The notes under the pieces were generated by a model. The model saw nothing but the letters and a program-made list of their open reading frames with translations, was not told the origin of the DNA and did not search any database. A DNA stretch of 64,000 bases, from contig CP166615.1 of assembly GCA_041937175.2 (NCBI GenBank), positions 2,944,001 through 3,008,000 on the forward strand, in the 5' to 3' direction. The position numbers and the translations under genes are program-made. This stretch comes from Limnothrix sp. BL-A-16 (GTDB taxonomy: Bacteria; Cyanobacteriota; Cyanobacteriia; CACIAM-69d). This document shows positions 20,417 to 32,200 of this stretch, one piece after another; positions within the stretch are counted from its first letter, which is position 1, and each line of letters begins with the position of its first letter.

Positions 20417-20668
20417 CTAAAACCGCTCCGGTTGAAAAATCGCCACGAACAAATAAATCGACAGGGAAATGGTGGCCAGTCCCAACAGGACGGTTGCCCC
20501 CAGTTGGCCGCTATCCAAAGCGGGTTGCCCCGTGGCAGCCGTGGCTGGGGCGATCGCGGCGAGGGCGGCGAACCAAGCCAGACTCGCGCGCAGGCTCCAG
20601 CGCCCCCAACGTGTGAGGCGGCGATCGGGCGATCGATCCGGTGCGGGCTGGTTCAAGATGGTTTTCAT
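20417..20668 (-). CDS. KdpG/KdpF-like small hydrophobic subunit
   Basis: Located between kdpB and kdpC; ends with the KdpF motif YLFVAIFQPERF. Confidence 0.8.
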   Translation of the reverse strand: MKTILNQPAPDRSPDRRLTRWGRWSLRASLAWFAALAAIAPATAATGQPALDSGQLGATVLLGLATISLSIYLFVAIFQPERF

Positions 20669-20768
20669 CGAAATGGATCTCCGGGTGTGGCAGTTAAGGC
20701 TAGAAGATTGGCTGGTGTTGGGTTTCGCAAGCTCAACCCAACCTACGGGACTAACCTACGGGATCGGC

Positions 20769-22859
20769 TCAACCGACGACGCGGCCGACCAGCAGATCGA
20801 TCGCCTTGATCGCAATGAACGGGGCGATCGTGCCGCCGAGGCCGTAAACCAGAATGTTGCGCTGCAAGAGCCGATCGGCTGACAGGGGCCGGAACTCCAC
20901 CCCCCGCAGGGCCAGGGGCACGAGCGCCGGGATGATCAGGGCGTTGTAGATCAAAGCGGACAGTACCGCTGAGTTGGGACTCGTTAGGCCCATCACGTTC
21001 AGGGGCCCCAGCCCGATCGAGGCGAACAGGGCTGGGATAATCGCGAAATATTTGGCCACGTCGTTGGCGATCGAGAAGGTGGTCAAGGCTCCCCGAGTCA
21101 TCAGCAGTTGCTTCCCGATCGTCACGATGTCGATCAGCTTGGTGGGGTCGGAGTCGAGATCGACCATGTTCGCCGCTTCTTTGGCCGCCTGGGTACCGGA
21201 GTTCATGGCCACCCCGACGTTGGCTTGGGCCAGGGCGGGCGCGTCGTTCGTGCCGTCGCCGGTCATGGCCACCAGCTTGCCTTGGGCTTGCTCCCGTTGG
21301 ATGGCGGCGATCTTGTCCTCGGGCGTGGCTTCCGCGATGAAGTCATCCACCCCCGCTTCCCGGGCAATCACTTCGGCGGTGATTCGGTTGTCGCCCGTGA
21401 GCATGACGGTACGAATCCCCATCCGCCGCAGTTGGTCAAACCGCTCGCGGATGCCGGGTTTGATCATGTCTTTCAGATAGATCACGCCGTAGATTTGGTT
21501 GTTTTCGCAAACCGCCAAGGGTGTGCCCCCCAACCGCGACACTTGCTCGAAGGCCGCGTCCAAATCGGCGGGAATCGAGCCACCACGCGATCGGGCGAAT
21601 CCTTTGATCGCGTCCACGGCTCCCTTGCGAAATTCCGTGCCATCGGGCAAATCCGTGCCGCTCATCCGAGTACGGGCGGAAAAGTCCAGGCCCGTGGCTG
21701 CTTCCGGGGTGGGATAGGGGCGATCGCTCAGTTTTTCCGCCAGCCGGACGATCGACTTGCCCTCGGGGGTTTGGTCAAACCAACTGGCGGCCCAGGCCAC
21801 GCGGGCCACGGTGTCGATCGGGTGGCCGCCCACGGGGATGAACTGTTCCGCCAAGCGGTTGCCCAGGGTGATCGTGCCGGTTTTGTCCAGCAGCAGGGTG
21901 TTGATGTCGCCGCAAGCTTCCACGGCCCGGCCCGAGGTGGCGATTACGTTGAATTGGGCCACCCGATCCATCCCGGCAATCCCGATCGCACTCAACAGCC
22001 CCCCGATCGTGGTGGGGATCAGCGCCACCAACAGGGCAATCAAAATCGCAATGCTGGCGGGACTTTGCACATAGGCAGCCACGGGCGGCAAGGTGGCGAT
22101 CGCCAACAAAAACACCTGGGTCAACACCGCCAACAACACCGTCAGGGCAATTTCATTGGGGGTTTTGCGGCGCTCGGCCCCTTCCACCAGGGCAATCATC
22201 CGATCGATAAACCCTTGCCCCGGATCCGCCGTGACGCGAATCGTTAGCTCATCGGACACGATCCGCGTGCCGCCCGTGACGCTGCTGGCCGTGTCCGATC
22301 CCGGTTCCTTCAGCACCGGAGCCGATTCGCCGGTAATGGCCGACTCGTCCACCGAAGCCACCCCGGCCAGCACTTCCCCATCGGCGGGGATCATGTCTCC
22401 GGCGCTCACCCGCACCCGATCGCCCCGTTGCAGTTGGGAGGCGGCCACGGCTTCTTCGCTGCCATCGGGCAACAGCCGCCGGGCGATCGTGTCCGCTTTC
22501 GTGGCCCGCAGGGCATCGGCTTGGGCCTTGCCGCGCCCTTCGGCGATCGCCTCGGCCAAGTTGGCAAACCAAACCGTCGCCAACAAAATCAGGGCGATCG
22601 CGCCGTTCACCGTCCGGGCATTCGGATCGGCCAAGGGGCCAAACAAATTCGGGGCGATCGTCACCAGCAGCGTCACCACCGTGCCCAGCCAGACCACGAA
22701 CATCACTGGGTTATGCACCGCCTGGCGCGGATCCAGCTTCCAAAAGGCCTGCTGGACAGCGCGGCCATACAAGCCCTGATGACTGACTTTGGGCGTGTGG
22801 CGACGTTGCGATCGGGGGCCACCCGGTGTGCGCCGCATCTTATTCGCAAGACTATTCAT
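20769..22859 (-). CDS. kdpB: K+-transporting ATPase subunit B
   Basis: TGES, IPTTI, DKTGT, GDGTND motifs; ATG at 22859 preferred because the longer ORF runs through a repeat. Confidence 0.97.
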   Translation of the reverse strand: MNSLANKMRRTPGGPRSQRRHTPKVSHQGLYGRAVQQAFWKLDPRQAVHNPVMFVVWLGTVVTLLVTIAPNLFGPLADPNARTVNGAIALILLATVWFANLAEAIAEGRGKAQADALRATKADTIARRLLPDGSEEAVAASQLQRGDRVRVSAGDMIPADGEVLAGVASVDESAITGESAPVLKEPGSDTASSVTGGTRIVSDELTIRVTADPGQGFIDRMIALVEGAERRKTPNEIALTVLLAVLTQVFLLAIATLPPVAAYVQSPASIAILIALLVALIPTTIGGLLSAIGIAGMDRVAQFNVIATSGRAVEACGDINTLLLDKTGTITLGNRLAEQFIPVGGHPIDTVARVAWAASWFDQTPEGKSIVRLAEKLSDRPYPTPEAATGLDFSARTRMSGTDLPDGTEFRKGAVDAIKGFARSRGGSIPADLDAAFEQVSRLGGTPLAVCENNQIYGVIYLKDMIKPGIRERFDQLRRMGIRTVMLTGDNRITAEVIAREAGVDDFIAEATPEDKIAAIQREQAQGKLVAMTGDGTNDAPALAQANVGVAMNSGTQAAKEAANMVDLDSDPTKLIDIVTIGKQLLMTRGALTTFSIANDVAKYFAIIPALFASIGLGPLNVMGLTSPNSAVLSALIYNALIIPALVPLALRGVEFRPLSADRLLQRNILVYGLGGTIAPFIAIKAIDLLVGRVVG

Positions 22860-22916
22860 AAAACAGACGGTTCCTAACCACAGCGCTGGATTGATCAACC
22901 GCCCCACCGCCCGGGG

Positions 22917-22936
22917 CAAGGGGCTTAAGCCCCTTG
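22917..22936. repeat. Dispersed perfect 20-bp palindrome CAAGGGGCTTAAGCCCCTTG
   Basis: Identical copies at 4304, 22917, 24834, 27914, 39296 and 44803; half copies near 44839 and 55878. Confidence 0.9.
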
Positions 22937-22988
22937 TCTCCAACGGCTTCGATGGTGGCATCAGGGTTTTGGGAAATTACGAAGCGAC

Positions 22989-24629
22989 CTAACGCAGGGC
23001 GAATTCTTCGGCGATCGGCCCCAGGGCCAACACCGGGAAAAAGGTCAACAAGCCCAAAATCAAAATCGTTACGCCCGTCACCGTTGTGAACAAAAACGTG
23101 TCCGTGCGCAGCGTGCCCGAGGTGGCCGGAGCCGGTTGCTTTTGGGCCATGCCGTCGGCCAGTAACAGCAACGCCGCGATCGGCAGGTAGCGCCCCGCCA
23201 AAATGCTGACCGTGGCCGACAGGTTCCACCACAGCGTCCCGTCACCCAAGCCCTCAAAGCCCGAGCCGTTGTTGGCCGCCGCCGAGGCGTATTCATAAAT
23301 CACCTGGGAAACTCCGTGAAAACCGGGGTTCGAAATGCCCGCCAATTGCTCGGGAAAGGCCAGGGCGATCGCCCCCGGAATCAACACAAATACCGGGTGA
23401 ACCAGCAGGATCGCACTGGCCAAAATAATTTCCCGTTTTTCAATTTTTCGGCCCAGGAATTCCGGCGTGCGACCCACCATCAACCCCGTTAAAAACACCG
23501 TCAAAATCAGGAACACATACAGATAGGCCGTGCCGGTGCCTTGACCACCCCAAACCATCTGCAAAAACAGCCCTAGCAAGGTGGCCAAACCACTGCCGGG
23601 CATTAGGGAATCATGCATTCCGTTCACTGCGCCGCACATGGTGGCCGTGGTGGTGACGGCCCAAAGGGCTGTTTGGGCCCAACCAAAGCGCTGTTCTTTG
23701 CCTTCCAAGTTGGGGCCAGCCGCCAGGGTCGGGTTGCCTTGCCATTCCGCGATCGCACTGAGGGCAACTAACCCCACAAAAATGCTGCCGACGAGGCCAA
23801 ATAACCACCAAGCTTGCCGCCGGTTTTGGCTGATTTCCCCATAGGTGAAAATCAAACTGGTGGGAATCGCCAACATCGCCAAAATTTCTAACGTGTTGGT
23901 GACATTGTTGGGATTTTCAAAGGGGTGAGCGGAGTTAATCGCAAAAAATCCGCCGCCGTTTTCCCCCAGTTGCTTAATCGCTTCAAAGTGGGCCACGGGG
24001 CCACGGGCGATCGCCTGGGTGGCTCCGTCCAAGGTGCTCGCGATCGCCGGCCCAGCCAGGGTTTCCGGCACGCCATTCAGCAACAACAACAGGGCGATCG
24101 GGATCGACAGGGGCAACAACACCCGCGTGATCGATCGGGTCAAATCCCGATAGAAATTGCCCAGGGGTTGCCCACTCAGACCGCGAATAAACGCAATTCC
24201 CACCGCCAGCCCTGTGGCCGCCGAAAAAAACAGCAAATAGCCCAAAATTCCCACTTGGGAACCGTAGGTAATCGCCGTTTCACCCGAATAATGTTGCTGG
24301 TCGGTGTTGGTTAAAAAGGAGGCGATCGTATGCACCGCCAAGTCCCAACTGGGCGCACCCAACCCGGTGGGATTCAGGGGCAAGCGGTCTTGTAGCCAAA
24401 ACCCGCCAAATCCCACCAGCCCGATCGCCAAATTACTGGCCAGCACCGCCCGCAGGTATTGCCCGCCGGTCATCGGCTCATCGGTGCGGTGGCGAATTTG
24501 CCGGTATAGCCAGCGTTCGGGCAGCCAGTCCGGCCCTTGGAATGCCCGCGCCATGTAGCGCCCTAAAAACGGGGCGATCGCCCCGACGATCAACAACGTC
24601 AGGGCAATTTGCAGCCAGCCCGATAGCAT
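22989..24629 (-). CDS. kdpA: K+-transporting ATPase subunit A
   Basis: [49 protein letters not shown]. Confidence 0.97.
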   Translation of the reverse strand: MLSGWLQIALTLLIVGAIAPFLGRYMARAFQGPDWLPERWLYRQIRHRTDEPMTGGQYLRAVLASNLAIGLVGFGGFWLQDRLPLNPTGLGAPSWDLAVHTIASFLTNTDQQHYSGETAITYGSQVGILGYLLFFSAATGLAVGIAFIRGLSGQPLGNFYRDLTRSITRVLLPLSIPIALLLLLNGVPETLAGPAIASTLDGATQAIARGPVAHFEAIKQLGENGGGFFAINSAHPFENPNNVTNTLEILAMLAIPTSLIFTYGEISQNRRQAWWLFGLVGSIFVGLVALSAIAEWQGNPTLAAGPNLEGKEQRFGWAQTALWAVTTTATMCGAVNGMHDSLMPGSGLATLLGLFLQMVWGGQGTGTAYLYVFLILTVFLTGLMVGRTPEFLGRKIEKREIILASAILLVHPVFVLIPGAIALAFPEQLAGISNPGFHGVSQVIYEYASAAANNGSGFEGLGDGTLWWNLSATVSILAGRYLPIAALLLLADGMAQKQPAPATSGTLRTDTFLFTTVTGVTILILGLLTFFPVLALGPIAEEFALR

Positions 24630-24833
24630 AAAGACCCGATCGCTCGATCGGACGAAAGACCAAACCCCCATCCGCCCCATCACGGGCGCTGGGAGATCCC
24701 TTTAATAGTCGGGCGATCGCCCGGAATCTGCCATCTATCAATCGGTCTAAACATTGGGTCTAGGCGATCGTCGATCTATACCAATCGTTTAGCCTGCCAC
24801 TTGACCGATCGATTGCCCCATCAGCCGGCCAGA

Positions 24834-24853
24834 CAAGGGGCTTAAGCCCCTTG
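24834..24853. repeat. 20-bp palindrome copy in the kdpA / histidine kinase intergenic region
   Basis: CAAGGGGCTTAAGCCCCTTG. Confidence 0.9.
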
Positions 24854-24902
24854 CCCCCACGATCTCGCAGCGCTACCTCACTGCCAACCCCAAGACAATG
24901 CC

Positions 24903-26027
24903 ATGACTCGGCGATCGCCCTCATCAGCCCCTTTCGCCCAGCAACGGGTTTGGATCGCAAGCGCCACAGTGTTCTGGACAGTGCTGGCGATCGCCGCTGA
25001 ATTTTCCACGCCCACCGATTACGTGTTGGGCTATTTGTATGTGCTGCCTGTTGGCTTGACGGGGGCTTACGGTCGGCCCAAAACCACGATGGTTGTCACC
25101 CTGGTGGCGATCGGGCTGGTGTTGCTGAATTTGTGGATCCCGGTCGGGGCGATCGGCTCCCCCGCCGCGATCACCAATCGGTTGCTGGTGGCGTTGGCCC
25201 TGTTGGTCACGGCCCTGTTGAGCGATCGGGCCCGGCGCGATCGCACCCGCCTAGCCCAACAACAGGCCCAACTGGCCGCCCAAAGCCAGCTTGCTCAACT
25301 GCGCGAAGACTTTGCCGCCACCCTCACCCACGACCTAAAAACGCCATTGTTGGGGGCGATCGCCACCCTGGAAGCCTTCCAAGCCCAGCAACTGGGCCCC
25401 ACCAGCGAACCGCAACAGCAGGTGTTAGCGGTGATGTTACGCAGCCACCGCAACAGCTTGCGCCTGCTGGAAAGCGTCCTGGAAATCTATCGCAACGACG
25501 CGGAAGGGGTTTTGCTCGATCGCCAGCCTTGGGAGTTGGGGGAGCTGGCGGAACGGGCGATCGCGCCGTTGCGGGTGTTGGCGGCGGGTCGGCGGGTCAC
25601 GATTCGCCTAGAGCGCGGCGACTCGGGCTTTTGGGCCAGCTTTTGGGTGGCGGCCGATGCCTTGCAGTTGGAACGGGCAATCGATAACTTGTTGCTGAAT
25701 GCCCTCAACCATGCGCCGCGCGACTCGCAAATTTTGGTGCAGTTGCGATCGCTCGGATCTTGCCACCGGCTGGAGGTTTCGGACTCGGGCCCCGGCATTC
25801 CCCCGGCGGCGCTGCCCAAGCTGTTCGATCGGTTCTATCAAGCGGGCAGCGATCGGCAGCTCACCGGCTCCGGCTTGGGTCTTTATCTCAGCCGCCAAAT
25901 CATCGAAGCCCACGGCGGTAGAATCTGGGCAGAGAACCGATCGCCCCAAGGCGCGACCTTTTTGGTAGAGCTGGCCGCTTGCCCGCCGCCGATCGCCCCC
26001 CAAGCCCATGCAGATTCTGCTGATTGA
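24903..26027 (+). CDS. Membrane sensor histidine kinase
   Basis: About 4 TM helices, H-box LTHDLKTPL, N/G1/F/G2 boxes (NLLLNA, DSGPG, FDRFYQ, GSGLGL). Confidence 0.93.
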   Translation: MTRRSPSSAPFAQQRVWIASATVFWTVLAIAAEFSTPTDYVLGYLYVLPVGLTGAYGRPKTTMVVTLVAIGLVLLNLWIPVGAIGSPAAITNRLLVALALLVTALLSDRARRDRTRLAQQQAQLAAQSQLAQLREDFAATLTHDLKTPLLGAIATLEAFQAQQLGPTSEPQQQVLAVMLRSHRNSLRLLESVLEIYRNDAEGVLLDRQPWELGELAERAIAPLRVLAAGRRVTIRLERGDSGFWASFWVAADALQLERAIDNLLLNALNHAPRDSQILVQLRSLGSCHRLEVSDSGPGIPPAALPKLFDRFYQAGSDRQLTGSGLGLYLSRQIIEAHGGRIWAENRSPQGATFLVELAACPPPIAPQAHADSAD

Positions 26028-26697
26028 AGATGACGAGCTATTTCGCCTGGGGTTGACCATTCGGCTCCAGCAGGAACCCGATTGGCAAGTGGCAGCGGCA
26101 GCCGATGGGGAACAGGCGATCGAGCTAGCGCGCCAACAATGTTTTGCGGTGGCGCTGCTGGATATTGGGTTGCCGGGGATGGGTGGCGTAGAAACCTGTC
26201 GGCAACTGGTGCAGATTCAGCCCGCTTTGCCTGTGCTGGTGCTCACCTCCCGTGCCGAACCCGACGCGATTGCCCGGTTGGTGGCCGCCGGAGCACGCGG
26301 CTATTGTCGCAAGGGGATCAGCGCCGACACCCTGATTTTGGCCATGCGCTCGATCGCCGCCGGGGCCTCCTGGTGGGACGATCTGGCCACCAGCCAAATC
26401 CAAGCGGCCATGGCCCAATCGGGTGATGCAACCGCTGCCCAACCCGTTACGCATCGAAGCGATCGCCTGGACAGCGGGGCGATCGAAGACCTCACCCACC
26501 GGGAGCAGGAAATCCTGAACCTAATCGCCCAGGGCCAAAGCAACCAAGACATCGCCCAAACTCTGCATATTGCTCCCGGTACGGTGCGGGTGCATGTCCA
26601 CGCGATTTTGCAAAAACTGGGCGTGCGCGATCGCACCCAAGCTGTAGTTCACCTCCTGCAACACCAAGCGCCCATGGGCGATCGCGCCATCTCCTAG
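26008..26697 (+). CDS. NarL/LuxR-family response regulator
   Basis: REC domain (IEDD, LLDI) plus LTHREQEIL..G.SNQDIA HTH; overlaps the kinase gene. Confidence 0.93.
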   Translation: MQILLIEDDELFRLGLTIRLQQEPDWQVAAAADGEQAIELARQQCFAVALLDIGLPGMGGVETCRQLVQIQPALPVLVLTSRAEPDAIARLVAAGARGYCRKGISADTLILAMRSIAAGASWWDDLATSQIQAAMAQSGDATAAQPVTHRSDRLDSGAIEDLTHREQEILNLIAQGQSNQDIAQTLHIAPGTVRVHVHAILQKLGVRDRTQAVVHLLQHQAPMGDRAIS

Positions 26698-26748
26698 GTG
26701 CTCTTGGGGATTTTTCACCTAATATTCGTGCAAGAGGTTGATTGCATC

Positions 26749-27042
26749 ATGGCCCATGTGTTGATCATTCATGAAGTGGAAGATTACGCCACTTGGAAAG
26801 CGATTTTTGACGGCGCTGCCAACATTCGCCAACAGGCAGGTGAGCGCTCCTATCAGGTGTTGCGGGATGAATGCAATCCCAACAAAATTGTTCACTTCTC
26901 CCATTGGACTTCGATTCAAAACGCTAGGGCGTTTTTTGAGTCGCCGGAGTTGGTAGAAATTCGTAAACAAGCCGGTGTAAAAGCACCAGAGTTTATCTAT
27001 CTTGATCAATTGGAAGCGGGAGTTTTGAAACCTGAAGATTGA
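26749..27042 (+). CDS. ABM/cyclase-like dimeric alpha-beta barrel protein
   Basis: HEVEDY..WK..FD, W.S...ARAFF.SPEL pattern; GAGG RBS. Confidence 0.7.
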   Translation: MAHVLIIHEVEDYATWKAIFDGAANIRQQAGERSYQVLRDECNPNKIVHFSHWTSIQNARAFFESPELVEIRKQAGVKAPEFIYLDQLEAGVLKPED

Positions 27043-27172
27043 CTGCTCCTCGAAGTCACAAGGTCGTTTCTCCCAGCAATTCATCCACAGGGAGCGAAAG
27101 TCGCCTATCTTGCATCAGTGGCGGCAGCATATAGGGCGATCGAGCGCACCCGCGCTGAACAGAGACGGGCGA

Positions 27173-27817
27173 TCACGATTCAGCCGATCGAGCAGAATCT
27201 ATGGAATTTGGATCGATCGCTTGGCTCAGTTCCACCTCTTCGTAAACCAACAACAACGGACAAGCAAAATTGAGGCTCATCAGCTCAAGAATCGGCTGAT
27301 TTGGATCGGCTGCATCGTCAGGATATGCGGTTAATTCCCATTTCCCAGCACTCGTTTTGCGGTAGCAATCAACTCCTACCTTTTCCGCATCAATTAGCAC
27401 GTATTCTTCCAAGGTTGGAATGCGGCGATAGTAGCGAAATTTGTCACCACGATCGAACCCAGCGGTACTGGGGGATAGCACTTCCACAATTAATTTGGGG
27501 TAACTGATGGCCTCGATCGCCCGTTGATCGCGATCGTCGCAACTCACAACTAAATCGGGGTAAAAATATGGCCCGGCAGCGCTAACCCGCACCTTGGCAT
27601 CAGCCATTCGCACTTTGCAGCCTGTTTCCCGCAAAAATCCCCGCAGGGCGCTGGTTAAGTTCACCGCAATATCGTTATGGGGCAAGGTTCCGACAGCCAT
27701 GGCATACACCTGCCCATGGATATATTCATGCTTAATGGGCTGCTCAGATTCCCAAGCCAAATACTCCGAAACGGTCATGAACTGAGACGGAAATGGAGGC
27801 TGAATTTGAGCAATCAC
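27173..27817 (-). CDS. Uma2-family (DUF820) endonuclease-like protein
   Basis: KHEY..G..YAM, YPDLVV, LIVEVLSPST..DRGDKF..Y, EYVLID. Confidence 0.92.
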   Translation of the reverse strand: MIAQIQPPFPSQFMTVSEYLAWESEQPIKHEYIHGQVYAMAVGTLPHNDIAVNLTSALRGFLRETGCKVRMADAKVRVSAAGPYFYPDLVVSCDDRDQRAIEAISYPKLIVEVLSPSTAGFDRGDKFRYYRRIPTLEEYVLIDAEKVGVDCYRKTSAGKWELTAYPDDAADPNQPILELMSLNFACPLLLVYEEVELSQAIDPNSIDSARSAES

Positions 27818-27857
27818 GATGCAGCTCCACCTTGATCATTTCAGCGTTGCTATCTCA

Positions 27858-27988
27858 GAGGATGTCTGAAAAGCCAAAATTGCTACTCTGTATACTCCAG
27901 CGATCAACGCAAACAAGGGGCTTAAGCCCCTTGCCCCCACGATAATTGATGCTTGGCCCGTACTGAAAGATGCTTCTCAGACATCCTC
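27858..27988. mobile_element. Complete MITE, family A
   Basis: TIRs GAGGATGTCTGAAAAG / CTTCTCAGACATCCTC, flanking TCA direct repeat, internal 20-bp palindrome. Confidence 0.85.
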
Positions 27989-28055
27989 TCAGTTGCTATC
28001 TCAGATCTCTCGATCCAATTCCCGTTTTCGCTTGAATAGAAAAATAATTGAAAGT

Positions 28056-28367
28056 TTAGGTGACGCGGTGGGGTTCGCTTTCGGGGGTGTAGTCGATCGG
28101 CATCACGCCCTCCGTGTTTTCGTAGGGGTGGGGGATGATGTAGTGGCTCATTACCTGGCCGCCATAAACCGCTTTCGCCGCTTTGATCCCTTCTTCCATG
28201 GCCCGCTCCACTTCGGACACAGGGCCGCGAATGGTGATGAAAAAGTTGCCCTTTTCGGCCTTGTCAAAAAACACCAAGGTGACGCGCCCGCCTTTCACCA
28301 TGGCATCGGCGGCGGCCAGGATGGAGGGAAAGCCAAGGGTTTCGATCGTTCCAACGGCAATGGGCAT
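28056..28367 (-). CDS. ccmK3: Carboxysome shell protein (BMC-H), CcmK3 type
   Basis: AVGTIETLGFPSILAAADAMVKGGRVTLV.FD.AE.G..IRGPVSEV is CcmK3-like. Confidence 0.8.
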   Translation of the reverse strand: MPIAVGTIETLGFPSILAAADAMVKGGRVTLVFFDKAEKGNFFITIRGPVSEVERAMEEGIKAAKAVYGGQVMSHYIIPHPYENTEGVMPIDYTPESEPHRVT

Positions 28368-28973
28368 GGGACAGCAGGGACGCGAAAGTGAAGGGCGCGG
28401 GTCGCTGGGCGGCTTAGCCAACCCTGGCAAAAGTGTAGCGCGATCGGGTCGAATCGCCGCCAGGGATCTGAACAACGGCAGGATTGGGGCTGGGGAACCC
28501 ATCCGGGTCTCTTCGCTCGCGGGGAAATGGCAGCGAGGTTGAACCATTCAACGGGCAGTTTTGACAACCGGGTCAGCAACTCGAATCGATTCCAATCAAC
28601 ATTCGATCAACAATCGTTGGCCGATCAGTTGCATAAACGCCAAGGGCCGATCTAGATTAAAGCGCTACAGTTTCTTTAGAATTGGGTTTGCTGACTATCC
28701 TGAAGGCTCGAATCATTTTGGTGCACCCCCTCACTCCCCAGTCATCTGTACGACTCGATGAATGACGATTTGTGCTGGCGGATGTGCGCACCAATCTTCC
28801 GATCCGACCAACCCAATCGCGGTTAACTGGCTCTGCTTCCGGCAGTTTTGGCCCTTGGCCATGGGATTGAACTGGGTCATGGGATTAAAGTCGATCGCCC
28901 GCGTGCTCATCCCGTGCTCCCGATGCCGGTTCCGCCAACGATTGACACGATCGTTACCGATCAGTGCTAATCA

Positions 28974-28988
28974 GTAGTTGCCAATACA
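28974..28988. promoter_or_regulatory. Possible NtcA box upstream of glsF
   Basis: GTA-N8-TACA (GTAGTTGCCAATACA) about 260 bp upstream of the start; no clean TAN3T -10 at canonical spacing. Confidence 0.3.
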
Positions 28989-29246
28989 ACCAGTGCAACC
29001 GCGTTCACCGGACAATCAGTAAGGCCCTCTGGCTATGTATTCCGGTCGTTTTGCCGGGGACTCAAGACCAAGCTCAACAGACGGTCTTTTAACCCAGTCA
29101 TAACGCAAACTCTGTAGTTTCGATCGCATCCGATCGACTCTAGCTTGATCGATCTCAGCAGCGGCTACCTGATTGCCGCTGTGGCTCGATCGCCCTCGCC
29201 GTCCGTTTTTTTATTCACCCCGATCGCCTAGTCCACCCGATCCACT

Positions 29247-32200
29247 ATGAGTGACCGCACCAGCCAAGCCCCTGTGTTTTCCAGCAATCCGTTGCCGGTA
29301 ATGCCGGAATCCGGGTTGCGCTACCTGACTGAGGAGCGCGATGCCTGTGGCGTGGGTTTCATTGCCCAGCGCCAGGCCCAAGCCAGTCACGACTTGGTGG
29401 AAAAAGCCCTGATTGCCTTGGGCTGCATGGAGCACCGGGGCGGTTGCAGTGCCGATCGCGACTCGGGCGATGGCGCGGGGGTGATGACGGCGATTCCCTG
29501 GACCCTGATTGAGCAGTGGGCCGCCACTGAAGGCAAGACCATCGATCGCGATCGCACAGCGGTGGGGATGTTGTTCCTGCCGTTGGATGCGGACAAGCTG
29601 GCCAAAACCAAGGCCGCCATTGACGCGACGATCGCGGAGGTTGGCTTGACCCTGTTGGGTTGGCGTGTTGTGCCCACCCGCCCCGAGGTGCTGGGCATCC
29701 AAGCCCGCGAGAACCTGCCGACGATCGAGCAGGTGATTATTGAATCCACCCTAACCGGCGATGCCCTGGAACGGCAACTCTACCAACTGCGCCGTCGGTT
29801 CGGAAATGCGGTGGTGAAGGCACTGGGTGAGGATGATACAAAAGTTACATCCCAGTCCGTAGGATTCTACGCTTGCTCCCTGTCGAACCACACGATTATT
29901 TACAAGGGAATGGTGCGATCGGAGGTCTTGGGTCGCTTCTACCAGGACTTGACCAACCCCGACTACACCAGCGCCTGGGCGGTCTATCACCGACGCTTCA
30001 GCACCAACACGATGCCCCGTTGGCCCCTGGCGCAACCGATGCGGATGTTGGGTCACAACGGCGAAATCAACACCCTGCTGGGCAACCTGAACTGGATGCT
30101 GGCCAAGCAGGCGGATTTGGCCCATGAAAATTGGACCACTGAGGAGCTGAACGCCCTGAAGCCGATCGTCAGCTACGAAAACAGCGACTCGGCCAACTTG
30201 GATAACTCGTTGGAACTGCTGGTGCGATCGGGCCGCAGCATCCTGGAAGCCGTTACCCTGCTCGTGCCGGAAGCCTACGAAAATCAGCCGGACTTGGCCG
30301 ATTACCCGGAAATCGTCGATTACTACAACTACTATCGCGGGGTGCAAGAACCCTGGGATGGCCCGGCACTGCTGGTGTTTGGCGATGGCAAGATTGTGGG
30401 CGCAACGCTCGATCGCAACGGACTGCGGCCCGCTCGCTACTGCATCACCCGCGACGACTACATCATTGTGGGTTCGGAAGCCGGGGTGGTGGACATCCCG
30501 ATCGAGAACATCCTCGAAAAGGGTCGCCTCGGCCCCGGTCAGGCGATCGCCGTGGATTTGGAAGCCGGTGAAGTTTTGAAGAACTGGGATCTGAAGCTGA
30601 AGGTCGCTCGCCAGCATCCCTACGGCGACTGGGTACGCGACCATCAACAGCAATTGACGGCCCAACCTTTCGCCACGGACAAGAGCCTAGAAGAAGCCAG
30701 CCTGCTGCAACACCAAACGGCCTTTGGCTACACCGCCGAGGATCTGGATCTGGTGATTGTGGACATGGCGGCCAACGGTAAGGAGCCGACCTACTGCATG
30801 GGCGATGACATCCCCTTGGCGGTGCTCTCGACCCGGCCGCACTTGCTCTACGACTACTTCAAGCAGCGGTTTGCCCAGGTCACGAATCCCCCGATCGATC
30901 CCCTGCGCGAAAAGCTGGTGATGTCCCTGGAAATGCACCTGGGTCGGCGCGGCAACCTGCTGACTCCGGCTCCGGAAGCGGCCCGCTTGGTCAAAATCAG
31001 CTCACCCGTGTTGAACGAAACGGAGTTGGGCAAGCTGTCCGAGTCCGGGATGCAAGTGGTTACGCTCTCGACCCTCTACAGCACCGCCGATGGCCCAGCG
31101 GGTTTGCGGGCGGCGATTACAGCTCTGCAAGAGCAGGCCGTGGCAGCGGTGCAAGGCGGCGCAGAAATCCTGATCCTGAGCGATCGCACCGATAGTCTGT
31201 CGCCGGAAACTACCTATATTCCGCCGCTGGTGGCGATCGGCTCAGTCCACCACCACCTGATCCGCCAAGGAATGCGGATGCAGGTGTCGATCGTGGCGGA
31301 CACGGCCCAATGCTGGAGTACTCACCACTTTGCCTGTGCGGTGGGCTTTGGGGCCAGTGCCGTTTGCCCCTACCTGGCGCTGGAGAGCATCCGCCATTGG
31401 TGGAACAGCGATCGTACCCAAAACCTGATGGGCAGCGGTAAGTTGCCGGCCTGCTCGATCGAGCAAGCCCAGGCTAACTACCGGGCCGCCGTGGAAGCCG
31501 GGTTGCTGAAGATCCTCTCGAAGATGGGGATCTCGCTGCTGGCCAGCTACCATGGGGCGCAAATTTTCGAGGCGATCGGGATTGGCCGCGAGCTAATCGA
31601 TCTGGCCTTTGTCGGTACGCCTTCGCGCGTTGGCGGTTTGGGTGTGGCGGAACTGGCCCAAGAGGTGATGACCTTCCATGCGGCGGCCTTCCCCGAGCTG
31701 ACGGCCAAAAAGCTGGAAAACATGGGCTTCGTCCAGTACCGCAAGGGCGGCGAATACCACATGAACTCGCCGGAAATGGCCAAAGCCCTGCATAAGGCCG
31801 TAGATGCCTTCAAGGCCCAAACGCCCGAGGGTGAATGGATGCCCGGTGCCCAAGCCCTCAGCACCGAAGCCTACGATCACTACAGCGTCTACAAGCGCTA
31901 TTTGCAGCAGCGCACGCCCACAGCATTGCGGGACTTGCTGGACTTCGACACCAGCCGCGCGCCGATTTCCGTGGATGAGGTGGAGTCGATCGAGTCGATT
32001 CTGAAGCGGTTCTGCACGGGCGGCATGTCCTTGGGTGCTCTGTCGCCGGAAGCCCATGAGGTGCTGGCGATCGCCATGAACCGGATTGGCGGCAAGTCCA
32101 ACTCCGGCGAAGGCGGCGAAGATCCGCGCCGCTACACCACCCTGAATGATGTGGACGAAAACGGCTTGTCGGCCACCTTCCCGCACCTGAAGGGCCTGCG

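Noticed and set aside
22860..22961. Extended kdpB N-terminus
   Set aside because: It translates the 20-bp palindrome; ATG 22859 is more plausible
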